From an uncultured Planctomycetota bacterium (GTDB lineage: Bacteria > Planctomycetota > Planctomycetia > Pirellulales > Lacipirellulaceae): a stretch of DNA of 64,000 bases. The notes below the pieces were generated by a model. That model was given only the letters and a program-made list of their open reading frames with translations. It did not search any database and had not been told where the DNA came from. A program made the position numbers and the translations under genes. Shown in pieces: positions 32,674 through 43,193 of this stretch; position 1 is the stretch's first letter; every line of letters starts with the position of its first letter. The stretch covers positions 627,558 to 691,557 of the forward strand of contig CAVRBU010000001.1 of assembly GCA_963719315.1 (NCBI GenBank). The letters are read 5' to 3'.

Positions 32674-32990
32674 ACCTTTGCGAATTCTCTGATGGTTCAA
32701 AGGGCACGCGCTGCACGAAGTGCGGGTACGAACTGCGCCTCGAATATCGCTTTCCGCCCGTGCGCCCCTGCCGCGGTGTACTTTCCGTTCCCGCCGCAAC
32801 CAATACGCCTGCCGCATCCGATCTTGGCCTTGGCGATTTCACAGAATCCCTCTTGCGCTCAATCGGCGTCACAAAGGAACGCTACCTCGCCGCTAAGGAG
32901 CTGTTCGGCTTCGCCCCAACGTGCAACTGCGATGCGCGCAAAGAATGGTTGAACAAAGTGAGCAATTGGTGGATCGGGGGCGAGGGCTGA
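32667..32990 (+). CDS. Small phage-like Cys-rich protein
   Basis: TTG start overlapping the upstream stop; CxxC plus GLGDxxExxLxxIG...CNCxxRKEWLN, a motif I associate with tailed-phage hypothetical proteins. Confidence 0.55.
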   Translation: MVDLCEFSDGSKGTRCTKCGYELRLEYRFPPVRPCRGVLSVPAATNTPAASDLGLGDFTESLLRSIGVTKERYLAAKELFGFAPTCNCDARKEWLNKVSNWWIGGEG

Positions 32991-33322
32991 TGAGTATTCC
33001 GTACTGGAGAATGCCAGTTGTAGAGTTGCTGAAGTTCGTCGACTGCAAGCGTAGGTCCATTCAAGCTCGCCCGACTTGAAACCGCCAACCAAGAAGCCTC
33101 CTCCGGCGTTTGCAAAACCGCTAAAGATGGGGCCAAGAAGCTGTTAGATAGTTGCCGCCCTTGCTAAACTTATGCCTGTCATTTCGTACTACTCTTGGCA
33201 TTGGGGGCGAGTCCAATGGGCCGGGGAATATGAAGCCTCATATTCGGACGTGGGCGACAGTGGCCTTAGATAGATGTAGTTAATCAGCTGCAGGCCGATC
33301 TCGGCTCATTTGCGGACTTAGT

Positions 33323-34549
33323 ATGTGGCCTATGGGATCACTCTTCGGATGGACACTCTTGTCACGGGACGCGCTACGACGTGCGGAAACGCAACTGCGC
33401 GATGATGTTGACGGCGTGCGAGATGAAATAGGATTTCTCGCGCTTCACCAGGCTTACGCCGACCGCTTCTTTCCCGGTACTTCGGTCCTGCACATCCGCT
33501 TGCGTTACGTTCTGTTTGTGCCGTGGATGTACGAGCGCGTCGCGAGTCTGCCGGAAGCAAGGCGAATCTCTGCTTCCATTGAGAAACAGGAATTGGAGCT
33601 CACTCGTCGACTGAAAGAAGCTGGGGAAACGGGAGTCATCGGAATCCGGAATTTTCCTAAACCCACGGCTCAACCTCCGAGCATGGTCTACTGGTCCGCA
33701 CTGGGAGCGTGGCGAATTCTGCGACCCAACCCAAGTAGCACGTTTCCTTCTCGCCAGACGGTTAATCGTACCATAGCTCGCAAGACAACGCGTCAACAAT
33801 TGCACGACGACGATAGACAGCTGTTGATCGAAGACGAGCCAATCTTCTGCTCTATTCCTGAGCCTCCCGCTGCCTGGCTTGATGCGTCGCAACGCCTCGA
33901 TTTTCGGCTCGTACCATCCGAACAACGGTTTCTGCGGAGCTGTTTAATTTCGGTTACTCGTCCCGATAGCGAAGGATTACCGTCGCTACTGTCCCGTATC
34001 GTTGAACAGCGAGTCGAGATGACAGACCGCCTTGAGCTCTGGTCGCCAAAGGTGCGAGGGGCGGCGGACTCGGCGGATCAAGCAGCCTTGATTCGTGCCC
34101 GTCAAGCCGCATCGCTTTCTGCCATCGGGCGCGGAATCTATGCTGCAATGGTCGAAGAAATGAGAGAAGAATACGACAAGATTCCGACGCAAGACATCCA
34201 TCGCACGACACTGGACACCATAATCGACCAGCATATAGCGAACGCACTGGCGTTGAATGTGGACGACATCGCCGCGGACGCACCGCAAATTCCCGGTGGC
34301 ATTTTGGAAGTTTTGAGATCCACCCAGATTTGGCTCCGCGGTACAAGTCGCATCGTCATGTCACTGTATGACACCTATGCATCTGCGGAGGCGGCACGTA
34401 AAGATCGACGTGCGAGGTTATCGAAGACACTGTTGGGCAAAGAGAGACGCGCGGAATGGGCGCCAGACGAACATCCAAAGGGCGTACCACTACACTATCC
34501 TTGGAAGCACGTGCGACAGTTACTCATTGATTTGCAGGAGGCATCATGA
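33323..34549 (+). CDS. DUF6361-like protein (gene 1 of candidate defence operon)
   Basis: FGW..LS...GVRDEIGF......ADRFFPGTS.L..RLRY..FVPW and PS.VYW..L..W. Confidence 0.75.
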   Translation: MWPMGSLFGWTLLSRDALRRAETQLRDDVDGVRDEIGFLALHQAYADRFFPGTSVLHIRLRYVLFVPWMYERVASLPEARRISASIEKQELELTRRLKEAGETGVIGIRNFPKPTAQPPSMVYWSALGAWRILRPNPSSTFPSRQTVNRTIARKTTRQQLHDDDRQLLIEDEPIFCSIPEPPAAWLDASQRLDFRLVPSEQRFLRSCLISVTRPDSEGLPSLLSRIVEQRVEMTDRLELWSPKVRGAADSADQAALIRARQAASLSAIGRGIYAAMVEEMREEYDKIPTQDIHRTTLDTIIDQHIANALALNVDDIAADAPQIPGGILEVLRSTQIWLRGTSRIVMSLYDTYASAEAARKDRRARLSKTLLGKERRAEWAPDEHPKGVPLHYPWKHVRQLLIDLQEAS

Positions 34550-36366
34550 GTGCGCGTCATTGGTCCAACGTTTCATACCTGGATGCTATTCGTCCTGAAC
34601 CTCGTTGGCGAACGGAGTTCGCACTACTTGCAAGTTATTCAGCTGACCTCATTGCTCTGGTTGCGGCGCTGTTGGCGCTCGCTGGGCTGGATGATGACCG
34701 TGGCTCAGGCAGCAAGGTCGATTTTGCGAATGCCGTCGATCAATTAGCGGATCGTGTGCGTTTGGTGGCCCAAGCGGGGAGGCTCCTAGCACCAAAAAAG
34801 ACACCTAAAATCTCAGTGATCCTTGATCGCTATTTCCGCGAAGTGAAACTCGACGAAAATGTTGCGTCGTGGCACCCCAAGGCGGCCCTAGTGAAACAAC
34901 TCGCAGACGACGGTGACGACTCTCAGTGGCGGCTGTGGATTGGTAGTCGAAACCTTACGCGAGACCTCTCCTGGGACATCGGCTTGTCGCTGGTCGGCCG
35001 TATTGGCGGCACCGGGACTGAGATTGACGGTGTTCCCGACTTGGGCCACGCACTTGCAGGTCATGCGCGCCTTCCTGGAATAACTCCCGGTGCCGTGAAA
35101 GCAGAGTTGCGCCGGGTTCGGTGGGATGCACCAACAGGTTGTACGATCCGAAGCCTGGAACTTCTAAATTCGGATTCGCCGCGAGGATTGCCTCCGGAAC
35201 CACCAAAAACTCAAAAGCTGATCGTGATTAGTCCGTTTGTTGATGGAACCGTGATTGGCCAATTGGGCAAGTGGGGTGACATTGAGACTCAGCGGACTTT
35301 GTTGTCTACGCGTCCAGCGTTAGCGAAACTGGCCAACCAGGCAAGCAAACCATTAAGTGGCTTTCAAAACCTGCTTTTCCTCGATGCTCCGGTTCCTGAC
35401 GAGCATTCCGCGGCTGACATTTCCGATCAGGAAAATGCCATATCGCAGGATGAGGAACCTGAGCCACGTGCACTGCACGCGAAATTGATCTATGCCGAGG
35501 GAACTACCCAGCGATTGATTTGGACTGGCAGTGCAAATGTGACACAGAGGGGATGGACTGGCTCAAATTCGGAGATAATGGCAGCGATTGACGTTACGCA
35601 CGACGTTTCCGCGGGGTTAGAGGACTTCGTCAAGTCGGCGAACACTATTCGTTTGGACGAACTTGGTGAGCCACTCAAACTCGACCCGATCGATGAACGA
35701 CTCGAGAAGGTGAGAAAGCATGTTGCCAGCTCCTGGGACGTCACGCAGCGATGCAATAGCGACGGGCAAGTATTAATTGGCACCAATGATCCAAACCCAC
35801 TCGATCCGGAAGTTCTGCTACACGTCGGGTTGTTGGGAGCTACACAAACTCTTTGGCCGAAAGGAGCGACCGAGGTGCAGCTCCCGCCATGCGCGGCGGG
35901 CGACGTCACGGAGCTTGTCCACTGTCGGTTGACGTTGGGTGAATCCTCACTTTCCTGGTTGCAACGCACTCCGATTGATCCACCACCGGGCGACGAACGT
36001 GACCGTCGGGCAATCGCCCGTTATCTCGATCCCCGCACGTTCCTACTTTGGATCAGGTCCTTGCTGACGGGTGATCCAACTAGAGACGGAGGTGGAGATT
36101 GGGACGATGAGACTAACCAGAAGCGGCGACGCAATCCGCCTTTGACGGCGCCCACTTGGTGGGCACCTACGATTGAAGAAGTTCTCAAGTCGTGGAGCCG
36201 CGATCCCGAAAGTCTGGTTTTTATCGACAAGAAAGTGCGACATTACCTGAAGCTTTATCAGGAACAGTCAGATATCGAACGAACGGCAGAAGAACGAAGT
36301 GTCGTTGAAGAGTTTCAGAAGACGTGGCAAGTCTTAAGACAGGAACTGGTTCTGGAGGCGACATGA
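34546..36366 (+). CDS. Phospholipase D-superfamily (putative nuclease) protein with two HxK/GSxN half-sites
   Basis: WHPK...IGSRNLT, VISPF and LHAKL...TGSANVT motifs; ATGA overlaps on both sides. Confidence 0.82.
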   Translation: MSARHWSNVSYLDAIRPEPRWRTEFALLASYSADLIALVAALLALAGLDDDRGSGSKVDFANAVDQLADRVRLVAQAGRLLAPKKTPKISVILDRYFREVKLDENVASWHPKAALVKQLADDGDDSQWRLWIGSRNLTRDLSWDIGLSLVGRIGGTGTEIDGVPDLGHALAGHARLPGITPGAVKAELRRVRWDAPTGCTIRSLELLNSDSPRGLPPEPPKTQKLIVISPFVDGTVIGQLGKWGDIETQRTLLSTRPALAKLANQASKPLSGFQNLLFLDAPVPDEHSAADISDQENAISQDEEPEPRALHAKLIYAEGTTQRLIWTGSANVTQRGWTGSNSEIMAAIDVTHDVSAGLEDFVKSANTIRLDELGEPLKLDPIDERLEKVRKHVASSWDVTQRCNSDGQVLIGTNDPNPLDPEVLLHVGLLGATQTLWPKGATEVQLPPCAAGDVTELVHCRLTLGESSLSWLQRTPIDPPPGDERDRRAIARYLDPRTFLLWIRSLLTGDPTRDGGGDWDDETNQKRRRNPPLTAPTWWAPTIEEVLKSWSRDPESLVFIDKKVRHYLKLYQEQSDIERTAEERSVVEEFQKTWQVLRQELVLEAT

Positions 36367-39300
36367 CAGAACCCAAGCCATTTCAGGAAGCCACCATCCG
36401 CGCAGTACTATCTGCGTTTGACCGACGTTGTAGCACTCGCCGATTCCTGGTTGCCGACGAAGTGGGCTTGGGAAAAACCGTTGTTGCACAGCACGTTATC
36501 CGTGAGATGTTCAACGGTTTGGGGCGACCACTAAGTCGTATTCTATATGTGTAGCAATTTGGCGATTGCACGGCAGAATCGCCGAAAGCTGCTCGAAGTC
36601 ATACCTCGTCAAGAACGAGACTTGGCTGACTGTCCGGTCGATCGCCTGTCGCTTCTTACGGCTTGCGAACGTCCTACACATCGATTGCTTCACCTGTATT
36701 CCCTGACGCCGGACACATCGATTCCAATTCGAAGGAAGCACCGACGCGATGGGCGACAGGAGGAACGCGCGCTCGTGCATGCTTTGGTGGAGCGCGTGTG
36801 GCCGGGGCTGTTCAAAATCAATAAATGGGGAACCGCCGTCTTCCAGCGGAACGCGACTGTGAACTGGACACACAGTGTTCGCCAGCAGCGTGATAAAGCC
36901 ACCAAACTGACGCTGCGAGAAGCATTTGCTAAATCTGTTCGTCAGGAGTTCCAGCTCGCAGAACGGCAACACCTGCTGCCGGAACTGCGTTTGCGATGCG
37001 AACGCGGCGAACTGGATGAACTGGGGTTGATAGCACATCTTCGAAACGCTCTGGCGGCAATTGCAATCGAAGAAATACAGCCGGACCTTGTCATCTTTGA
37101 CGAATTTCAGAAATTTCGCGATCTGTTGGACCCTCAACAAAAAGAAGCAGCGCAGCGTGTGATAGGCAAATTGCGAGGAGACGGATCAACTTCCCCGCCA
37201 GCGCTTCTTCTCCTGTCTGCCACACCATATCGTTTGTTCACGCGCCGATGGGAAGAAGAGGCCGGTTCATCGCACCGTTCTGAATTCTTCGAATTAGTTG
37301 AGTTTCTGCACGGCGGTGATACGGCAGCGCGACAAAAGCGAAAACTATGCGAGGATGCGTTTATGCGGTTAGAGACGGAAATGCGCAAAGGGCAGCTAAC
37401 GTCGCCCGAGGCTAAACAGGCGCGTCTCCAGGTTGAGGATTTACTTTGCCCAGTTGTTGCTCGCACTGAACGAGCATCGCATGACGATGGATGGGACCAA
37501 TTCCACACGGATTGCTTTCCAGCGCCGGTCGCACCGGACGATCTCACGATCTTTAAGCATCTGAGCCGCTGCTTCGATGACAAGCACCGAACCAGCGCTG
37601 TACCGTACTGGACGTCCATTCCGCTTCCGATGCAGACGATGGGCAACCACTATATTGCGTGGAAGTCCGCCACTGCAGCATCTTCAAAAGGTGTACCTCT
37701 GCTCAATGAAACAATGAGAGATAAGTACAAGACGCCAGAAATCTGGCCCCATCCGCGTCTGAGAGCGTTGAAGCAACTAGCTCCGTCAGAAAGGATGGCA
37801 GTGCCGTGGCTACCGCCAACGGCGCCCTGGTGGCCCCTCCGCGGTGTCTGGCATAACCAACAGCGCCACCTCGCAAGTTGTTGGTATTTAGTCGCTTTCG
37901 TGCAGTCCCCCAGGCAATCGCTGCCGCAATCAGTTTTGATTTTGAGTCGCGTTTCCTGAAGGACGAGAAGCTGCCGTATTCGGAAGTCTCGCGTCGCCGA
38001 CTGCTCTCTGCAACCGACAAGCGACATCCGTTACTAGGACTTTTTCTACCATCACCGTTTGTGATAAGCGCGACGGACCCATTGGCTGCGCGGGCAACAG
38101 ATATTCGCACGATTCGTCGTGAAGTACGCAGACAGCTGAAAAATGCACTTCTGGAGCTTGGCATACATGTGCGCGACAAGGGGCCGTCGCTTCCAACGTG
38201 GCGCCTTCTTGCGCGTATTGAGCAAATCGCCGGGAATTGGGATTGGATAAGCGAAGCGTGGCAGTGGATTCATGGTGAAGTAGCGACTGGTGAGTCCGAA
38301 GATTCCGGACTTGCGCAATTACTTGCTGATTGGGACGAAGAAGCCCAACAACCGTTGGACAACATCAAGCCTGCGAACTTCGAGGCCCTTGTTGACTATG
38401 CACTTGGGTCACCGGGTGTCGTCGTCGGACGATCATTGCGCCGCCATTGGAGCGAGGCGGTTGGCAACGTGCGCGACAAAGATGGGCAACTGAGGTTTCG
38501 CCAAACTCTTGCTGCTGTCTGGATGGGGTTGCGAAACTATTTGGATCAGCGATGGTTCTATCGAATCCTCTGTAAAGGGAATGAGTCTTATCCAGATGCT
38601 CTACTGCGGATCACAGTTGATGGCAATCTAGAAGCAGTACTGGACGAGCATTTGTGGATTACGTCGCGCCTCAGGAGCTTGAGCGAGGACGATTTGGCTA
38701 TTGAGTTAAGAGAGGGCCTTACGGTCAAAAGCGGCATGTTCTTTCTGCGTCCGCTCGAGGGGAAAAGGGACAACACGTTTTCCCTGAGATGCCACGTGGC
38801 GATGCCGTTCTTGACGGTAAAGGTCCCGACGGAAGTGAGCCAGCAATCAGACAACAACGGCGACATGATTGTGAAAACAAAAGAAAAGAAATTGCGCACC
38901 GATGAGTTACGGCGAGCGTTTAATACGCCTTTTTGGCCGTACGTGTTGGCAACAACTTCGGTTGGTCAGGAAGGGCTCGATTTTCACGCTTGGTGCGACA
39001 CGCTCGTTCACTGGGACCTCTGTCGCAATCCTGTTGATTTGGAGCAGCGCGAAGGTCGAATTCAGCGATTTGGTGGGATGTCAATCAGACGCGCGGTCGC
39101 GGAGAAGAAGGGCTTAATTACGTCGGCAATGGCGACACGTCGGGACGGCGAAAGTCCGTGGGTGCGAATCGAATCCATTGCGAACGAAACCATGAGCGAT
39201 GACTCCGGCCTCGCACCGTGGTGGGTATGCAAATGTGGAAACGTTAATCGTTATGTCTTCGACGTACCGACGAGCGAGCAAAAGCATTGGCTTCATTGGA

Positions 39301-39482
39301 TCAAGGAGCAGCGACTTCTATATCGACTGGCGTTGGGCCAGCCAAATCAGGAGGACCTGCTTGAGGTTCTCGCGGACAAGCCTGGTCTCGAATCTGAGGT
39401 AGTCCGCAACTCTGTCATCAATCTTTCACCTTGGTTTCGCAACGGAAGCGCCCATGCGCAACACAGTAAAGTTGTCCAATGA
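36363..39482 (+). CDS. SF2 (SNF2-like) helicase, ~1040 aa, frameshifts at ~36533 and ~37858
   Basis: LVADEVGLGKT, VIFDEFQ, LSATP, LVFSRF, FNTPFWP.VLATTSVGQEGLDFH and EQREGRIQR, spread over three ORF segments. Confidence 0.85.
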
Positions 39483-40363
39483 TGAACGATAATCAGGGAC
39501 ACTTATTCGATCTCGAAGAGTTTGGGGATCAAAATGCAGTGCGATCCCTGCTAGATAGGCTCCTGGCCGATTCCAAACTTTACAAGACGACTGACTCTTA
39601 CAAGTCCCTGCTGGACTTTGTCGTTCGCCTACGAAACGTTGCTCCATTTAACGCGATGCTGCTGCAACTTCAAAAGCCGGGCCTTACGTATGCGGCATCT
39701 GCTCACGACTGGGAGACACGGTTTGATCGTCGAGTAAAGGAAGACGCACGGCCCTTGCTTATCCTTTGGCCCTTTGGGCCTGTGGCAACCGTGTATGACG
39801 TTCTAGACACCTACGATCCTCAAAACCCGGAATCCGACGGACTGCCAGAGGGAATTGCAGCGTTCTTCGCTGCGGGTGAAATCACCGAGCAACGTTTGCA
39901 GTCATTTACAGCGTTGCTGGAGAGAAGGAAAATTGAATTGCGTTGGGTGGATCATGGAGATGCCAGCGCAGGTGCTATTCGACTAGTCAGTCGTGGCGAG
40001 GATGACAAAGACACTCGATACCTCGTGAAGATCAATCGGAACCATTCGCCTGCCGTGCAATTCACAACGCTCGCTCACGAACTCGGTCATCTATCTCTCG
40101 GACACATCGGTCCAAACACGCGACTTGGTATTCCCAAACGCCGTACCATGTCCCACGCGGACGTAGAAATCGAGGCAGAATCCGTCGCCTATATAGTATG
40201 CGAACGCAATGGCGTCACCTCAAATTCGGAGACTTATCTGTCACACTTTGTTGCGGCCGGCGTCAACGCGGAAAGTCTTGATCTTTATCAGATCACGCGA
40301 GCGGCAGGTCAGGTCGAAAGCACTTTGAACCTTACGAAACACACAAAGTTTCCACGTGTCTGA
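39479..40363 (+). CDS. ArdC-like N-terminal domain + ImmA/IrrE-type HExxH metallopeptidase
   Basis: APFNAMLLQLQKP..YAA...W...R.VK, HELGH and EIEAESVAYIVC motifs; ATGA overlap with the helicase stop. Confidence 0.75.
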   Translation: MMNDNQGHLFDLEEFGDQNAVRSLLDRLLADSKLYKTTDSYKSLLDFVVRLRNVAPFNAMLLQLQKPGLTYAASAHDWETRFDRRVKEDARPLLILWPFGPVATVYDVLDTYDPQNPESDGLPEGIAAFFAAGEITEQRLQSFTALLERRKIELRWVDHGDASAGAIRLVSRGEDDKDTRYLVKINRNHSPAVQFTTLAHELGHLSLGHIGPNTRLGIPKRRTMSHADVEIEAESVAYIVCERNGVTSNSETYLSHFVAAGVNAESLDLYQITRAAGQVESTLNLTKHTKFPRV

Positions 40364-40784
40364 CACTTTGTACGGCGCGGCACGCACCCGACTGTTAACC
40401 GGCCAGGCGGTTTTCCGAACGGTGAGAACAAAAAGCCCGCGAGTTAACAGCGGCGCGACAAGTGGCGTTAACCCACAAGTCGCAATTTCGCAACCGGTTG
40501 CTTTCGCTTTGCGACCCACCGAAAGGGTCTCGAACTCGGCAACTGTCTGTGCAGCAAGCACTTGGAAGAATCGCGAAAGAGAGTATTGTTACGAAGAGGG
40601 TTCCTTACGGGGAGGACAAAAATCAACCATCAACCAACCGCTCGCGTTGGCTGCTGGAGATCGGCATTGAAACGGGACCCACCTGGGGTGCGGAATCGGC
40701 ATTGAAAAGGGACCCACCGCAGCGGACTTCGTAAGCTGGATTCCCGGTTTTTAAACTGGGGAATTCAGCGAAGCGGAGTCAAGG

Positions 40785-42491
40785 ATGCTGAAGGTGGAGG
40801 ATTACGGCAGGATACGTCGTGCTCATCGCGATGGCATGAGCATTCGGGAGATCGCCCGGACGTTTGGGCATTCGCGACGAAAGATCCGCGAGGCACTGGC
40901 GCAGGCAGAGCCGCGGCCTTACACGCTGTCGCTACCGCGACCGCGGCGGGTGCTGACCGATGTGCACCAGCAATGGATCGGCGCGATTCTCGTCGAAGAT
41001 GAGCAGGCGCCTCGCAAGCAACGTCACACAGGAGCGCAACTCTTTCGGCGGCTGCGGGACGAAGAGCAGTACGTCGGCAGCTACGACCAGGTGCGAAGGT
41101 ACGTGGCCGCGACGCGGGGGCGGCAGCGCGAAACGTTTCTCCCTTTGTCGTACGAGCCAGGCCAACGGGCCGAGAGCGACTTCGGTCAGATCTGGGTCGA
41201 CTTCCCGGAAGGCAGGCGCCAGGTTCCGATCCTGCTGGTGACGTGGGCCTACTCAAACGCCACCTTTATGATTGCGCTGCCGAGCGAAAAGACCGAGGCG
41301 ATCCTGCATGGCACGGTGGCGGCGTTTGCGTTTTTTCGTTGCGTGCCCAAAGAACTGTGGTGGGATAATCCAAGAACCGTTGCGACCACGATTCTGCGTG
41401 GCCGCCAACGGGAGTTGAACCAGCGCTGGCAGGCGCTGGCCAGTCACTACAACTTCGAGCCGTTGTTCTGCCTGCCGGCTCGCGGTAACGAAAAGCCGCA
41501 CGTCGAGAACCGGGTGAAGCTGTTGGAGCGCCAGTGGGCGACGCCGGTCCCTCAAGTGAAGGATCTGACAGAGCTAAATGCCTACCTGCTTCAATGCTGC
41601 GAGCGGGATGCTCGGCGGACGATTGCGGGCCACAGCGAAACGATCGGCGCACGCTTCGCGACAGAGCAGATTAGCGCCTTGCCGCTGCCCGAGCGCCCGT
41701 TTGAAGCCGCCGTGAGCGAGGTCCGTCAAGTCGACAAGTACCAGACGGTCGCCTGGGAGAAGAATCGCTACAGCGTGCCGCGGCGGCATGCGTTCGCCAC
41801 GGTCACGGTAAAAGCCACTATCGATCGCATCGAAGTCATCCGCGACGGCCAGCGGATTGCCCGGCACGAGCGCTCCTACGGACAGGGCGAGCAAGTGCTC
41901 GATCCGCTGCACTACCTGTCCACTCTGGGAGTGAAGCCAGCCTATTTGGATCACACTGACGTCTACCGCAATTGGCGTCTGCCGGCGGCGTTTACCCAGT
42001 TGCGCGAACATTTTGAAACACGCCACGGATCGTTGCCGGGCGCTCGGCAATTCATCCGCGTGCTGCAGCTGTTGGCAGAGCACCCGCTGACTCGGGTTGA
42101 GCAGGCCATCCAGGCCTGCCGCGGCGACGGCGTCGTCACGGCCGAGCGGATTGCTGGGCTCTGCGAGCGACTGGCGCTGCGCTCCACCCGCGGCGAAGCG
42201 AACCTAATCGGGCAGCTGCGATCGATTCCTGCGGTGCAAGTCCCGCTGCCGGACTTGCGCCGCTTTGACTCGTTACTCTCTCACGGAGGAGAAGATCATG
42301 GCCCAGAAAGAAACGCCCCTGTTACTGCGTTCGAACCTCAAGGCGCTACGCCTGCCGACGATGCTGGCCGAGTATGGCAAGCTCGCCGGGGAAGCGACCA
42401 ACAGCAACCAGGACTACCTCGACTATCTGTTGCGCCTGACGGAGTTGGAGTTAGCCACACGCAGTGCCAATGCTCTGCAGGCGCACATTAA
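40785..42491 (+). CDS. istA: IS21 transposase IstA
   Basis: HTH N-terminus; ESDFG, WWDN, EKPHVEN and NRYSVP motifs. Confidence 0.92.
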   Translation: MLKVEDYGRIRRAHRDGMSIREIARTFGHSRRKIREALAQAEPRPYTLSLPRPRRVLTDVHQQWIGAILVEDEQAPRKQRHTGAQLFRRLRDEEQYVGSYDQVRRYVAATRGRQRETFLPLSYEPGQRAESDFGQIWVDFPEGRRQVPILLVTWAYSNATFMIALPSEKTEAILHGTVAAFAFFRCVPKELWWDNPRTVATTILRGRQRELNQRWQALASHYNFEPLFCLPARGNEKPHVENRVKLLERQWATPVPQVKDLTELNAYLLQCCERDARRTIAGHSETIGARFATEQISALPLPERPFEAAVSEVRQVDKYQTVAWEKNRYSVPRRHAFATVTVKATIDRIEVIRDGQRIARHERSYGQGEQVLDPLHYLSTLGVKPAYLDHTDVYRNWRLPAAFTQLREHFETRHGSLPGARQFIRVLQLLAEHPLTRVEQAIQACRGDGVVTAERIAGLCERLALRSTRGEANLIGQLRSIPAVQVPLPDLRRFDSLLSHGGEDHGPERNAPVTAFEPQGATPADDAGRVWQARRGSDQQQPGLPRLSVAPDGVGVSHTQCQCSAGAH

Positions 42492-43068
42492 ACAGGCTGG
42501 CTTCCCGGTGCAGAAGGACCTCGATGCATTCGACTTTAGCGCGGCGCCCGGCCTCTCGAAGCCCAAGATCCTGGAACTGGCCCGCTGCGGCTGGATTGAT
42601 CAGCGTCAGAACTGCTGCCTGTTGGGTAGTTCGGGAACTGGAAAAACGCATCTGGCCATCGCCTTGGGCCTGGCCGCCTGCCGACTGGGCAAGCGAGTCC
42701 GCTTCTTTACCGCTGCCACACTGGTCAATCGCTTGGAAGAGACGCAGAAGCAGTACCAGCTCGAGCGATTGTTGAAGCAGCTCGACAAGCTCGATCTGCT
42801 TGTCTGCGACGAGCTCGGTTATCTCTCGTTCAATCGCAGCGGAGCGGAACTGCTGTTCCAGGTATTCGCCGATCGCTACGAGCGATCCAGCCTGTTGATC
42901 ACCAGCAACTTGCCGTTCAGCGAATGGCAGCAGGTGTTTCAGGGAGAACGGATGACAGCTGCTCTCTTGGACCGGCTGACGCACCACTGCGAAATCTTTG
43001 AGATGAACGGTGAAAGCTACCGCTTCCGGGAGTCGATGAAACAAAAGCGAACCACCAAGGGCAAGTAG
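42298..43068 (+). CDS. istB: IS21 helper ATPase IstB
   Basis: GSSGTGKTHLA, DELGY, TSNLPFSEW and LLDRLTHH motifs; GGAGGA RBS. Confidence 0.95.
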   Translation: MAQKETPLLLRSNLKALRLPTMLAEYGKLAGEATNSNQDYLDYLLRLTELELATRSANALQAHIKQAGFPVQKDLDAFDFSAAPGLSKPKILELARCGWIDQRQNCCLLGSSGTGKTHLAIALGLAACRLGKRVRFFTAATLVNRLEETQKQYQLERLLKQLDKLDLLVCDELGYLSFNRSGAELLFQVFADRYERSSLLITSNLPFSEWQQVFQGERMTAALLDRLTHHCEIFEMNGESYRFRESMKQKRTTKGK

Positions 43069-43154
43069 CTTTCGGGCGACCCGTCGGCAAAACGTTCGCA
43101 AATCGCGCAACAAAATGGAGAGTTTACTCTAACCCATTAAGTGAACTAACGGAG

Positions 43155-43193
43155 GCGGCCGCGCGAGACCTTCGAAGGGTCTCGCGGGCCGCT
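43155..43193 (+). terminator. GC-rich hairpin near the IS21 right end
   Basis: GCGGCCGCGCGAGACC TTCGAAG GGTCTCGCGGGCCGC; no U-tract. Confidence 0.4.

Noticed and set aside
33323..40363. Assignment to DISARM, BREX, Druantia or Zorya
   Set aside because: No methyltransferase, DUF1998, PglZ/BrxC or MotAB-like genes are present.
40655..40725. Direct repeats ATCGGCATTGAAAnGGGACCCACC as a mini-CRISPR
   Set aside because: They are IS21 terminal transposase-binding repeats, mirrored at the right end; no cas genes are present.
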